From Paraspadella gotoi (Eukaryota; Animalia; Chaetognatha), in assembly GCA_051294375.1 (NCBI GenBank), contig CM119269.1, positions 15,938,455 to 16,002,454 on the forward strand: a stretch of DNA of 64,000 nucleotides, read 5' to 3'. Below, one piece after another: positions 13,128 to 26,391 of the stretch. How positions within the stretch are numbered: the stretch's first letter is position 1; each line of letters starts with the position of its first letter. A program made the translations under genes and the position numbers. The notes below the pieces were generated by a model. It had not been told where the DNA came from. It saw only the letters and a list, made by a program, of their open reading frames with translations, and did no database searches.

Positions 13128-15557
13128 ATGCTGCAAGGAAACTACGGGGACAGCGTTGTGGTCAGGAGACGGGTGGGTGGCGCGTTGCCTTCTTACGACA
13201 CTGGTAAGTTCGAAGAACGATTCATTTTAGTCATATTTATAGTTCGTATATGTCTAACCCACTGACTACTACAGATGAGCGGGAAGATTTAAGAAGTGTA
13301 TGAAATAACTTCTCGTAAATTCAGGTTTCAGCACTTTTGCCATAAAAAACGGAGCTGTTCATTGCAAACAGGCAGAATCTACAGAAAACCGGGAAGAGAT
13401 GGGCCACCCCCGCTATCAGGTATGACAATATATGAAAATAATGAACAATTTTGTCTCATGAACCGATAAATTAAACTAAATTAACATAAGACGTCAGAAT
13501 GGACTAGATTTGGCCAGTTTGAAGCTGTAAAAAAAAAATGTTATATTGTTATAACTTATATGAACGATTGAAAAAAAACCCCTTCCGTTGCTCATTTGTT
13601 TCAGAGTGAAGAAGGAGATATAGAAGCCTCTACGGTCGCATGAGATTCACGGAGCTTGGTCGGCGTCGCGGACTTCCTGTTTCGTCCCAGCGACCGGCGT
13701 CGTCTCAGCTGGCGGCGTCGTCCGCGCTCGGCTGCGGGCGTCGCAGGGGCGAAAGATTCTTTCTTCACTCGGACAAACTGAGGAGGCGGACTTCGTCGCC
13801 CCGTCGAAGCGACAGAAAAAGTGTACGATTGTTTGTCTGTATAATGATATTAGTATTTATAATTTAATTCGATGATTAATCCTCGTTTATATTATTTATT
13901 ATTATTATATTATTATTATTATTTTTGTTCATTTCTTCCTTCTTATTTTCTTTCTTTCTTTCGTTCTATCTTTCTGCGTAAGTTTTATTAATATTAGTAT
14001 TTTCATCTTTTTTCCCCCAGCTCATCAGCTGATTCGAGGTTTCGCTTCAGAGATCGAGGTGCACTTGGCGCCAGTGGCTTTAATCGCTTGTCAGGGTAGC
14101 AGCGTCGGCTTGTATCAGGCGAGAAATATGTACACAATTAGAGAAATAATATGTAAAAGTTTAAAAAATGAGAAACTGGTTAAGTTAATAGTTTATTATT
14201 AGTTTGTATTATTGGATAAAAGAACCTAAAAATGATGTTATTGAAATAAAAAAAAAATGTTTTACTTTGCAATGATAACATTTTCTTTCAACTTTCCGAT
14301 GTTCTTTTGATTCTACTCAGGGTAACAAGAAGGTTGCTCAAGGCATGCGACCCAAGCGGAGAAACAGCACAGGAAACACGAATCCCGAAAAAACAAAAGA
14401 CATTGAGTCGCGACCCAGGGAACCTCCAACTCTTCCAGACCCATCATCGGACGAGATTCGGCGCCTCCTTCTCAGAAGCGCCGATTCCGGCAACAATCGA
14501 CGCAACTCCTTCGTCGGCGTTCCGCTGCTCAAAAAAAGCGCCGCCAGGTGAATACAGTTGGCGTTACAATTTGATGAGTAATAAGATTGGACGTCATGCT
14601 AAATAGGAAGAACAAAATTTTTACTGTGCGCTTTAAATACCACAATAACACAAATCCCGAAGTGATTGTTCGGGTTGTCAATGTAAGTTGGTAAATAATG
14701 TTTACTTCAAAGTATCTATATGTATGACATTGTATGTATGTATGTTAATCAACTCTTTGTTCTTCAAGGAGTTTGAGTTCCATCAATCTTCGAAGTCGCC
14801 TCGATTCCGCCTCCTCCTTTTCCTCTTCCTCCTCATCTAAGCCTGAATTTCCCGCCGTTCCATTGAGAGGGCAACCGGTTCACATTCAAAACGCTCCGAA
14901 AAGGTGATCACTAAAAAATTAAAGGTTCACGGAGCGTCTTTTGTTTTGATTAAAATTTGACGCTAAAATTTTTTTCCTTTTTTACCTTTTTTATTCAGAT
15001 GTTTCGATCGTCATAAATGGCGGCCATTTGATCTGGACGTCAAACAGGCTTTCGTTCTGGAGAACGAAGGTTAGAGCAAAACTTTTTTAGTTGCGCCGCG
15101 AGTATTCGCGGAGCAACTCTAAGAGACACTTTATGAATGAAAGATGCATTCCGCTGCGGCGCATATGATGGTAGTTACATAATCGCCCATAAATAAATGT
15201 GATAGACAATCACTGCGGCGCAACACGTTGGAATTACCCTTCTTGTTTTATCCCAAAATTCCTATCCCAATTTCCAAACAAATTTTCAAATATAAATTTT
15301 CCCATCACTTTTCCCGATCCCAATTTCCCATCTCGATCTCCCATTCCGATATCCCATACCAATGTCCAATCCCGATATATCCAATCCAAATTTCCCAAAA
15401 CTCAGGCTTGGGCGACGCCAACGACGACGACGACGACGACGATGAACTGGAGACGAAGTTGAATCTCGTTCTAAATCTTCCGTCGACGAGCGGAGAGAAA
15501 GAAGAGGGCGGGTCGGCGAGGGGCGTGGAACTGGGGAGTGAGAAAGACGCTGGATGA
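13128..15557 (+). CDS. Multi-exon gene of unknown function (hydrophilic, low-complexity protein)
   Basis: 3' exons 14021-14118, 14321-14547, 14769-14903, 14999-15069 and 15406-15557 splice in frame to TGA (RCFDRHKWRPFDLDVKQAFVLENEGLGDANDDDDDDDELETKL). Candidate first exon 13128-13203 has G|gtaagt. Exons between 13275 and 13822 are ambiguous. No family recognised. Confidence 0.6.
15089..15121 (-). mobile_element. HINE-like stem-loop end fragment in an intron
   Basis: AGTTGCGCCGCGAGTATTCGCGGAGCAACT, one mismatch from the copies at about 61010 and 61561. Confidence 0.55.
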
Positions 15558-16024
15558 GATGAGATGAGATGAGATGAGATGAGATGAGATGAGATGAGAT
15601 GAGATGAGATGAGATGAATTTGAAGACTCAACATGCTCGATTGTTCTTGGACAAAACAGAACAGTTGCTTGTCTTTCCTCAAATTTATATTTTCGAATAT
15701 CACGGGTCTAAAACTTTTATTTAATTAAATATGCATTTTTTTCTCTAGAAGATGAATTTCACGTTTTTAAAGTTGTTTTCGTTATTTTACAAAAAAATTG
15801 GTTCTGCATGTTTAGTCACAAAATCGCTATATTGAGACTAATTTCTAAAAAAATCGCCAAATCAGTATTTTTTTACTAGTTTTTTTATAGCTTGTCTCTT
15901 ATACTTCCTCAAACGACGATGTATGTTATGAGATAACTTGACTTTTCCAATACATCCGTCATTGTCAGTACAGTAAAGCCTCAAAAGAAAGTTAAAAACG
16001 CCCGTTTTTAACCCTCCTCACGCG

Positions 16025-16098
<74 letters not shown>

Positions 16099-16846
16099 CC
16101 CTCCCCCATTTTGAATTCTCTTTGCCGAAAGGATTTTCGTCTTGACCGACATCAAACAGAAAAACTGAGCCGACAGACCGAGCGACCGGTCGACGACCCG
16201 AGGATTTGAAATTTTACGGCCACCGAATTTTTCTTGAGGATGGAAGAAAAAAAATGGGAGGAGAAAAATTGGAATCGATAAAATGGAGAAACAAACTTGG
16301 CGATCGGAGGGGCAATTCGTCGGATGAAATATGATTGTATTTAATCATTTGTTTTTAATATAGTGTATAGTGGATTTAGAGATTTCGGCTTTTCAAATTT
16401 GAGACAGTTAATTATAGTTTAAGTAGAGAATTATGAAAATTTTTACTGCCCTTTTGACAAATTGAAATATTTGCGACGCAATTCTGCCTGACCGAGAGGA
16501 AATTTTTCTAATTTTGTGCTCTTAGTTAGTTCCTAGTACAAAAAAATGACAACTCGAATCTGCCATATTTTGTTTTTCCAAGAAATTCTTCTAATTCTTC
16601 ACCCTATCATCGACTCTCCTACCCTTTCCTTCACCTCCTTTCTCTTTCCTTCTTACCCCCTCGCTGTCTCCTCCGCGAAAGCAGAAAACGCTGCCTGCAA
16701 CGTCTAATTAAAATCAGACTTATTCCGAGAACTGCGATATGCAAATGAAATTAAAGCCCCGCCCCCGTCCGCCCCCTTCTCTCTTACTATTTCCATTGAA
16801 TGCTGCCCTCTTTCCGATGACCCCCTGCAAGCAGCGCCGCCCCGCC

Positions 16847-16943
<97 letters not shown>

Positions 16944-17459
16944 CTAACAAATTATGCAAATCCAAAGTTGATGCGGAATTCGAATTCGATCCTTCCCTCG
17001 GCCAAACTTGATTGGTTGCTCAGATGGAATCGCTCGACTGTGATTGGTCGAGAAGGAAAAGCGAGGGCGAGGGACGCCGAAAGGGCATCGGCAGTGCATA
17101 TAGAATTTTAAATTGCCAGAAATTAGACATTCTCTTCTCTCTCTCTCTCTCTTCTCCTCCTCGTCCTTATCTCACTCTCCTCTCGCTGATCCTCTCATCC
17201 TCATTCTCTCAGCCTCCAATCCCTCCCCCTCTCTCTCCCTCATTCCCCTCCCTCCACTCCTCGCTGCACTCTCCTTCCCTTCTCCCTCCCTCTCTCTCCA
17301 ATCCCAATCCTCCCTCTCTCGCTCTGTCTCTCTCGTCGTCTCTACCGCACTTTGCGGCGATAGAGGGCACGGAGACGATGGGAGAGAACGGCGGGAGGGC
17401 GCGAGGGGTCCTGTGAGAAATGGCGCGAAGGGTGAAGGGCGGAGAGCAGTGGAAGCAGA

Positions 17460-17530
<71 letters not shown>

Positions 17531-18065
17531 AGAGAGACGGAGAGGGAGACAGAGTGGGAGAACCGATAAAGTTATAGAGAGGCCATCGGGGTTATCGGAA
17601 AAGGGCGTGACCGAATCCCGTCGGTTGTGTTCGCGGGCGTGGGGTGACAGGGGTGAGCCAGAGTGAACCGGGGTGTGCCGCTTGGGGAGAAATCCTATTG
17701 TGATGACGACGAGTAAAAGGGCGAAAGATTGGTGCTGGTGAAACTGGAAAACTAATGTTTCGTAACTTATCTACATATATTATAATTAGAAAATTTGTCG
17801 GAGACGCGGATATAATTCGTAAGATTGATTTATCTGCAACTTCCTCATAGGTTTAATTCTTGGGTGTGCCTTTTTGGCTTTGTGTGCCGCTTCGGCCGTG
17901 TGTGCCTCCTCGGGCACGCAGTGCACGCAGTGCCCCCGACGGAAGATGGAATCCTCCAGAGGGCGAGAAGTAGGGTCGAGGGGTCGAGGGTTCGCGGGGA
18001 AAGCGCCACGGGACGCGGGAAAATGACCTTTAAGAGAAGAGGGAATAAAAGCTAGAATCGTCGCT

Positions 18066-18068
18066 TTA

Positions 18069-18099
<31 letters not shown>

Positions 18100-18541
18100 G
18101 TCGTCTTCTTTTTATTCTTTGTCGTTTGTCGTCGTCTACCTCGTCATCATCAGCGTCATCGTCGTCATCGTCATTTATATCGTCGTCATTATCATCGGCA
18201 TCGTCGTCGGTCTTGTAATTTTCATTATCGTCGTCGTCTTCATCAGCATCATCCTCATCGTCGTCGTTGTCTTCATCATCATTGTCGTCTTAATCATCAT
18301 CGTCGTCGTCATCTCTGTTGTCGTCTTCATCAGCATCATCATCATCGTCACTGTCGTCTTCAACATCATCGTCTAGTCGTCGTCTTCATCATCATCATCG
18401 TCTAGTCTTGCTCAGCATCATCATCGTCGTCGCCGTCGTCTTCAACATCATCGTCTCGTCGTCGTCTTCAACATCATCGTCTCGTCGTCGTCTTCAACAT
18501 CATCGTCGTCGTCGTCATCTCCGTCGTCGTCTTCATCGTCG
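18066..18541. repeat. (GTC/ATC)n trinucleotide low-complexity tract
   Basis: Degenerate CGT/CAT triplets that produce spurious poly-V/I, poly-S and poly-D ORFs. Confidence 0.85.
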
Positions 18542-18913
18542 TTATAAAGTCGAAACGAAGCAAAGGATCTTGGATCGGAGGAGATATTCCGCTAATGGCG
18601 CTCGGACCGAATCGGTCGATGAGGGTTAAGGGCAGATTCGATTCACAAAATTAATTTATTCATAAAGCCAAAGTATGTTTCTTTTTTTCTTGTCAGAATT
18701 TAGAAGAAGCTATGTATGAAATATTAAATATAACCAGTAGCAGACTTGACGGTATTTCGTCGCAAACTTTAAATGAAATTAAAACTCATATTAGTAAAAT
18801 ACTAAATTACGTTTGAAGAAACGATTGCCAATAGTTAATATGAAGAAAAAGAAAGAATGAAAAAAAAAGATGAAAGAAATAAAGAAAGATGGAAAGAAAG
18901 AAAGAAAGAAATA

Positions 18914-18993
<80 letters not shown>

Positions 18994-19062
18994 AAAGAAA
19001 GAAAAGAGAACAAATCTCCCACCCCGGAATTTCTTTTTCCTTGTCGCGCCTCCATTACTTAC

Positions 19063-19092
19063 CTTCTTCCTCTTCTGACGTGTCCCCCATCA

Positions 19093-19154
<62 letters not shown>

Positions 19155-19328
19155 TCCCGAGTAAGGAAGTAACCTCGACGTCCGTTTTGCGGGGTTAAGC
19201 GGCGTCAGCGGGCGTCGGCTTCCTTCGGCGTGCGTCGGCGGGCGTCGGCGGGCGTCGGGCGGCGTCGGAAAGCGGGTCGACCTTTTCGTCCGCGGATTCC
19301 GATGCGACGGTTCGGGGGCGTCGCTCAC
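19063..19328 (-). other. GC-rich island with (GCC)n ending in a perfect splice donor; candidate first exon
   Basis: Minus strand AAG|gtaagt at 19062, CpG-rich, poly-GCG tract. No downstream coding exon identified. Confidence 0.3.
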
Positions 19329-19786
19329 TCAAAGACCGATGACCCTCTGCGGCGGAGCAGGAGGAAAGGAGGGGTGGAGGTGGGAGGGGAAAAGAGGGGA
19401 GGGAAGATGAAGATGATGATGATGATAATGANNNNNNNNNNGATGATGATGATGATGATGATCAAAGATCAAATGTGTGAGTTCTAGTATGAATGATTAG
19501 AAGTGATCCGATTTCCGTCTACTATGTATTACCCTCTCTCTTTCTCTCTCTCNNNNNNNNNNNNNNNNNNNNNNNNNNNNNNNNNNNNNNNNNNNNNNNN
19601 NNNNNNNNNNNNNNNNNNNNNNNNNNNNNNNNNNNNNNNNNNNNNNNNNNNNNNNNNNNNNNNNNNNNNNNNNNNNNNNNNNNNNNNNNNNNNNNNNNNN
19701 NNNNNNNNNNNNNNNNNNNNNNNNNNNNNNNNNNNNNNNNNNNNNNNNNNNNNNNNNNNNNNNNNNNNNNNNNNNNNNNNNNNNNN

Positions 19787-19817
<31 letters not shown>

Positions 19818-21304
19818 GTAGCGGTGCGTTACATGAACTCTCCTCATAAGTCTTAACCTTTCCCGCTTTCCTTTGGATCTGGGTTTTGACGGTGGTCCGG
19901 GTGGAAGGATGAAAAGGAGAAAAAAAAAAGAATAAAAAAAGTGGAGGAAGAAAGAAGAGAAAGAGAAGGTGAAATAGGATTAAAAAGATTAGTCCTAATG
20001 AAGATGATTAGAAGGAAAATTAAGAGGAGGGAAGACGGAGAAAGCAAGNNNNNNNNNNNNNNNNNNNNNNNNNNNNNNNNNNNNNNNNNNNNNNNNNNNN
20101 NNNNNNNNNNNNNNNNNNNNNNNNNNNNNNNNNNNNNNNNNNNNNNNNNNNNNNNNNNNNNNNNNNNNNNNNNNNNNNNNNNNNNNNNNNNNNNNNNNNN
20201 NNNNNNNNNNNNNNNNNNNNNNNNNNNNNNNNNNNNNNNNNNNNNNNNNNNNNNNNNNNNNNNNNNNNNNNNNNNNNNNNNNNNNNNNNNNNNNNNNNNN
20301 NNNNNNNNNNNNNNNNNNNNNNNNNNNNNNNNNNNNNNNNNNNNNNNNNNNNNNNNNNNNNNNNNNNNNNNNNNNNNNNNNNNNNNNNNNNNNNNNNNNN
20401 NNNNNNNNNNNNNNNNNNNNNNNNNNNNNNNNNNNNNNNNNNNNNNNNNNNNNNNNNNNNNNNNNNNNNNNNNNNNNNNNNNNNNNNNNNNNNNNNNNNN
20501 NNNNNNNNNNNNNNNNNNNNNNNNNNNNNNNNNNNNNNNNNNNNNNNNNNNNNNNNNNNNNNNNNNNNNNNNNNNNNNNNNNNNNNNNNNNNNNNNNNNN
20601 NNNNNNNNNNNNNNNNNNNNNNNNNNNNNNNNNNNNNNNNNNNNNNNNNNNNNNNNNAGAGAGAGAGAGAGAGAGGTGGGGAAGGGAGCCGCTTTCGACA
20701 GGACATCCATCTTTAATGCTTCGGCGACGAGGAATCGACTGTTTTTATTGTCAAAAGTATTGAAGAAAACGAATTATTCACTGAAATGATTCATGAATTT
20801 AATTATTGTACTTTCAACTGGGGCTATAGGGATAGGTTTTGTACCCAACAATAGAAATATTTAGAATAAGATTGTTTCAATTGTCAATTCTAGGTCCAAA
20901 GCTACAACAACAACAAGAACAACAACAACAACAACGACGACGACGACAACAATAACAATAACAACAACAACAACGACGATGACGACTACAACGACAACAA
21001 CAACATTTGTCGAAAAAGGAGAATCCGAATTTTTGTTCTTTTGTTGACGAAAATTTGAAATCCGAAATAAAAGTTAAAGTTTGTTCGCGAACAAGAATTT
21101 TCTTGTCGAAAAATCTTTTTCCCGGGATTTTTCGTCTCGATAAAGAGCCGGAGAGCGCCGGGTCAGGCCCGGCAGGGAGTCATCTTTCACCGGCAGGGGT
21201 CGTCGTGCATCGGCGGAGCTCCGCTGGGGCCAAGGTAAACCCCTGTCGCACGGAGGACAATTTCACCTTTAACGCGCATTCTTTTGATCTTGCGCCTGAG
21301 AGAC

Positions 21305-21372
<68 letters not shown>

Positions 21373-22376
21373 GAGAGAGAGGAGGAGAGATGAGAGAGAG
21401 AGAGAGAAATGTTTTGTTGATTTTGATATAATGTCGGCTAATAATAGTTTGTTATTCGCGAAGAATAATTAATGCAGGGAGATTTTAAAGAAGTTTTGAA
21501 ACTGGCTCTCTTGCCCAAGAGCTCTGAGCTCCGCCGTTCAGTTCGCCCACTAATTCTGCCCAGTTGCCCACTGCCCTTTCCAGAGAATTCGGAGATTGAC
21601 GGGGGCACTGACCCACAAAGGTCTAAAAATAGCCCATGGCTTCCCCCCTATCCGAATCCAGGATTCTTTCACAAAATCAGTGATTCACTTGAGGGACTAA
21701 ATAACTTGACTAACTAATCAGCGATGGATGAGACTTTGATACTCGATTGACAAAATGACAACGATGAACTGACAATGACAAACTAACCCTTGCCGACTGA
21801 CATTGGTCGTCTACGAATGGCAGTCAATGAATGAGAAGGAGCCACATCATAAGCGAGACTTGTGACTACCGAGAATGTACGTACAGTACTACGTATTTTT
21901 AGACCCAAATTTACAAAATGTTTAGTTTGTTTATATGCAGTTTTAATTTTTTTTGTTAAAAACCAATCAGCTTCGCCTACTTCGTCTACTCTTTAGAAAT
22001 AATACAAAAATTTATAGAGAAATATATAAAAATGATAAAAATAATAAAAAAAGGGGGAAAAAGCAGCAGCTGCCTTTTTCCTCTTCGCCGTGATATGAGA
22101 GATGCGAGAGAGTGAGAGAGAAGAGAGAGAGAGAAGAGGACGATGACGAGGAGAGACGACGAGAGACGACTAGAAGAGAGAAAGAGAGAGGCGAGAGAGA
22201 GAGAGAGAGAGAGAGAGACTGACTTCATGTCAAGATAGGCAAAGGTCAGAGGGCGCTCCCTCTCAGTCCTTTTTAGGGTTATAATCATGATCTTGCTTGA
22301 ATTTCTGATTTCTTTTCCTTCCTCCTCTTCTCTTCTTTCTCGATGCCCCCTCTTGCTTATTTGATTCCTCTCTCTG

Positions 22377-22415
<39 letters not shown>

Positions 22416-23362
22416 ACTCTCACTCGTCCTTTAGATCAGATTAAATTGTGAAAGGTTCAAAAAATATCAAACGAAACTGATAAATTTACTTAATATTTAA
22501 CATTATATTATTTATATTATTAATATTTAACATACTTCTCTTTGTCAGTCCCCTTCACTCTCTTCTTCTCGCCCTCTCTTCTCCCCCATCGTTTCCATTT
22601 TTTATTTACCGTTCTTGCCTTTTGTTCACTTTCACCTTGGGTGACCCCGAAAAGGAGAAGGAGAGAGAATTAATATGCGGAGGAAGAAGCAATTAGAAGC
22701 CGATTCTTCGCCCCGAGCTTTTTATGGTCGTGAAAAAAAAATGTCAACTCACTTTTCTTACTTTGTTAAAAGTCTCCGAATGTTCATTCTCCGCAAATTG
22801 ACTTTAAAATTTTTAATAATTAATAAAATTGAACGGATCTGTTGTGAACTGTGAACTTAAACTAGTACAATTTAATGTCATCGTCGAAACGCATTATAGA
22901 TCAATATTCTTGATTGATCTAGATTCTATTGAAAAGAAACAATAAAATACCCGCTTTTTAATATAATATTAATCTATTCTTATTTTATAATATCATAATG
23001 CACTGTAAGGACAGCAATAACGCATAAAAAATGTTGAAATTGCGTTCATAAAAGCGACCTCGATTTATTGTGTTGAAATCCCGCAGAAATTGATCGTACA
23101 GATCACATTTCTTTACATGTAAGAGGATCTCACCAAATCTATCGCTCTGATTGAATCGATCGACTGCACCTGAAAACGACAGAGGCGGATGCAATCACGG
23201 GAGGTGAAGAGGCGCAAAGTCGACAGGAGGCGAGAGGTGGGAGGCGAGAGGCGAGGGCGGGAATTTATTAATTCCATTTGCATATTTGAGAGGAAGCGGA
23301 TTTGAAGAAAAAATCGGGCCGGGACAAGAAGAAATTGAGAAGAGGATTGAGATGAAGAACGA

Positions 23363-23417
<55 letters not shown>

Positions 23418-23583
23418 GAGAGATGAGAGAGGAGAGAAGAACTAGAAGATTTAAATTTGTGTGACGACTTTTTCGAATTGTTTTTTCGCTCGAAACAAAA
23501 ATCAAAAGGCGAAGAGAAGCGAGCGACGTTGACGGCGAGAAAGAGAGAAAGAAAGAAAAGGAAAGATAAGAGGAGAGAGAGAG

Positions 23584-23625
<42 letters not shown>

Positions 23626-23688
23626 AGAGAGGTGTGTGAACGAAGGAATTCATTAGTCGATGAAATTGATGAACGACGAATTAGATTC

Positions 23689-24363
23689 AGTGAATATTTT
23701 AATTTTCCTTTTTCATTTTCAACCAAAGGAAAAGTCCGAAGAAACAAAGTTTGCGTCTTGAGTTTGAGTCATGAGTTTTCAGTTTCCCATTTTTAATTTT
23801 CAGTTCAGTTATCTCAGTCTTCAGTCTTCGATCTTCAGTCTTCAGTCTTCAGTCTTCAGTCTTCAGTTTTCAGTTTTCAGTTTTTCACTTTTCAGTTTTC
23901 AGTCTTCAGTGTTCAGTGTTCAGTCTTCAGTCTTTAGTTTTCAGTTTTTCAGTTGTCAGTTGTTCAGGGTAAAATTTTAATACTCTTTTTTAGTTTTAGT
24001 CTTTCAAATGTTACTCATCAATTTATAGTTGTTTTTTTTAAGTTCTGAGCTTCACGCTTTTAATACTTCATTTGGACACATCTTTCATCTCACTTGATTT
24101 CCCACTCCATGAACACTTTTCACTCTTTTATTCACATACGGCGCCCTTAGATCCTAAACGCCCACAAAGCAGCCTTTGACCCCGCCGCCCCGCCCGCCCG
24201 ACCGTTCGCCACCCTGACACCTCGATCCCAACGACCACCCCACCCCCTCCTCGCGACTCTCCGCCATCTCTCTCCTAAACAACCTCCACAGCGGCAGAGG
24301 CTATTTTTGCATTCTCCTTCTCTTTGTTTCGAATCCTTATCTCTTTTAACCGCCTATTCAGAG

Positions 24364-24410
<47 letters not shown>

Positions 24411-24413
24411 CTC

Positions 24414-24462
<49 letters not shown>

Positions 24463-25361
24463 ACGATATGGAGGGCCACAGAAATCGACAAAAAGAGTTA
24501 ATCAATGAAAATATCTACAATTCAAATGGCAAAGTCATCGTCGTCACGTCGCATCGTCGTCGTCTATCGTCGCATTCGTGTCGTTGCGTCTCGTCGGCGC
24601 CACGTGCCATCGCGTTACAGGGTCGACCAACGATCGTCCTCTCGTTGTGTGGTGTGGTGTGTGTNNNNNNNNNNNNNNNNNNNNNNNNNAGTGATATTTA
24701 ATTTTCCTTTTTCATTTTAACCAAAGGAAAAGTCCGAAGAAACAAAGTTTGCGCGTCTCTTGAGTTTGAGTCATGAGTTTTCAGTTTCCCATTTTTAATT
24801 TTCAGTTCAGTTTTCAGTCTTCAGTCTTCGTCTTCAGTTCTCGAGTCTTCAGTCTTCAGTCTTCAGTTTTCAGTTTTCAGTTTTCACTTTTCAGTTTTCA
24901 GGTCTTCAGTGTTCACGGTGTTCAGTCTCAGTCTTTAGTTTTCAGTTTTTCAGTTGTCAGTTTCAGGTAAAATTTTTAATACCTTTTTTAGTTTTTACGT
25001 TTTCAAATATACTCATCATTTATATTGTTTTTTTTAAGTTCTGAGCTTCACGCTTTTAATACTCAGTTTGGACACATCTTCATCTCACTTGATTTCCCAC
25101 TCCATGAACACCTTTTTTCACTCTTTATTCACATACGGCGCCTTAGATCCTAAAGCCACCACAAAGCAGCCTTTGACCCCGCCCGCCCGCCCGCCCGACC
25201 GTCGCCACCCCTGACCCTCCGATCCCAACGACCACCCCACCCCTCCGCGACTCTCCGCCATCGTCTCCTAAACAAACCTCCACACGGCGCAGAGGCTTAT
25301 TTTGCGATCTCCCTTCTCTTTTGTTCGAATCCTTATCTTTTAACGCCTATCAGGAGTCCTC

Positions 25362-25436
<75 letters not shown>

Positions 25437-25560
25437 GCTCCTCTCTCTCTCTCTTTACATATGAGAGGCCACAGAAATCGACAAAAAGAGTTAATCAATG
25501 AAATATCTACAATTCAAATGGCAAAAGTCATCGTCGTGTCGTCATCGTCGTCATCGTCGT
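23689..25560 (+). repeat. About 0.87-kb tandem duplicate (23689-24560 and 24690-25560) across a 25-N gap; contains (CAGTCTT/CAGTTTT)n
   Basis: The copies differ mainly by 1-bp indels and flank the gap at 24665-24689. Likely an assembly artefact. Confidence 0.85.
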
Positions 25561-26329
25561 CGTCGTCGTCGTCGCATCGTCGCCATCGTCGTCGTTACAG
25601 TCAACCAACTGTTCAGATCGGAAGACATCTCGTCTTTTATTGCATCCAATCGACGACAATAGGTCTAGACTTCGGTCGGAAGAACCTCAAACTTTGATGA
25701 CACTGACAGAAAAGACAGCGAATGACAGTTTTTGAAAATACTTAGCTGCTCTTATTTTAAAATTTGAGGGAGAGAGATCGGAGCTGCTACACTTCCAACA
25801 GACCATAATGAATCATTTAGAACTCTACCTCTCTCAAAAAAAAATTAGGCCCATCTCGAATTGTCAAAATAGACTTTTTTGTCTCATGCACTTTATCTCA
25901 ATTATAATTCATCAGAATTTTTCATGCGAAGACGTTGAAACACTTTCTATCGCACTTTCCCTCTCTCTTTCTCTTCTCTCTCTTTTCTCTTTCTCTCTCT
26001 CTCTCTCTCTTCTTCTCTCTCTCTCTCTCTCCTCTCTCTCTCCTCCTCTCTCTCTCGTCCTCTCACTCTCTTCTCTCTTCTCTCTTACTGCTCTTCCGCT
26101 TTCTAACCCCCGTCATCTTTGTGCACTACATTCGCCCCCGATAATGATGACGCCTGACGACGACGACGACGACGATGCTGATGATGATGACGATGCTGAT
26201 GATGATGATGATGCTGATGACCCTCCGCGGGTCCCATGACCGATGATATCGCGATGTCGGGCAAAAGTCGCATTCGAGTTACATTGAGGCGAATACACGA
26301 TTCGTCGTTTGTTCAATGGGGTGAGGGAA

Positions 26330-26391
<62 letters not shown>

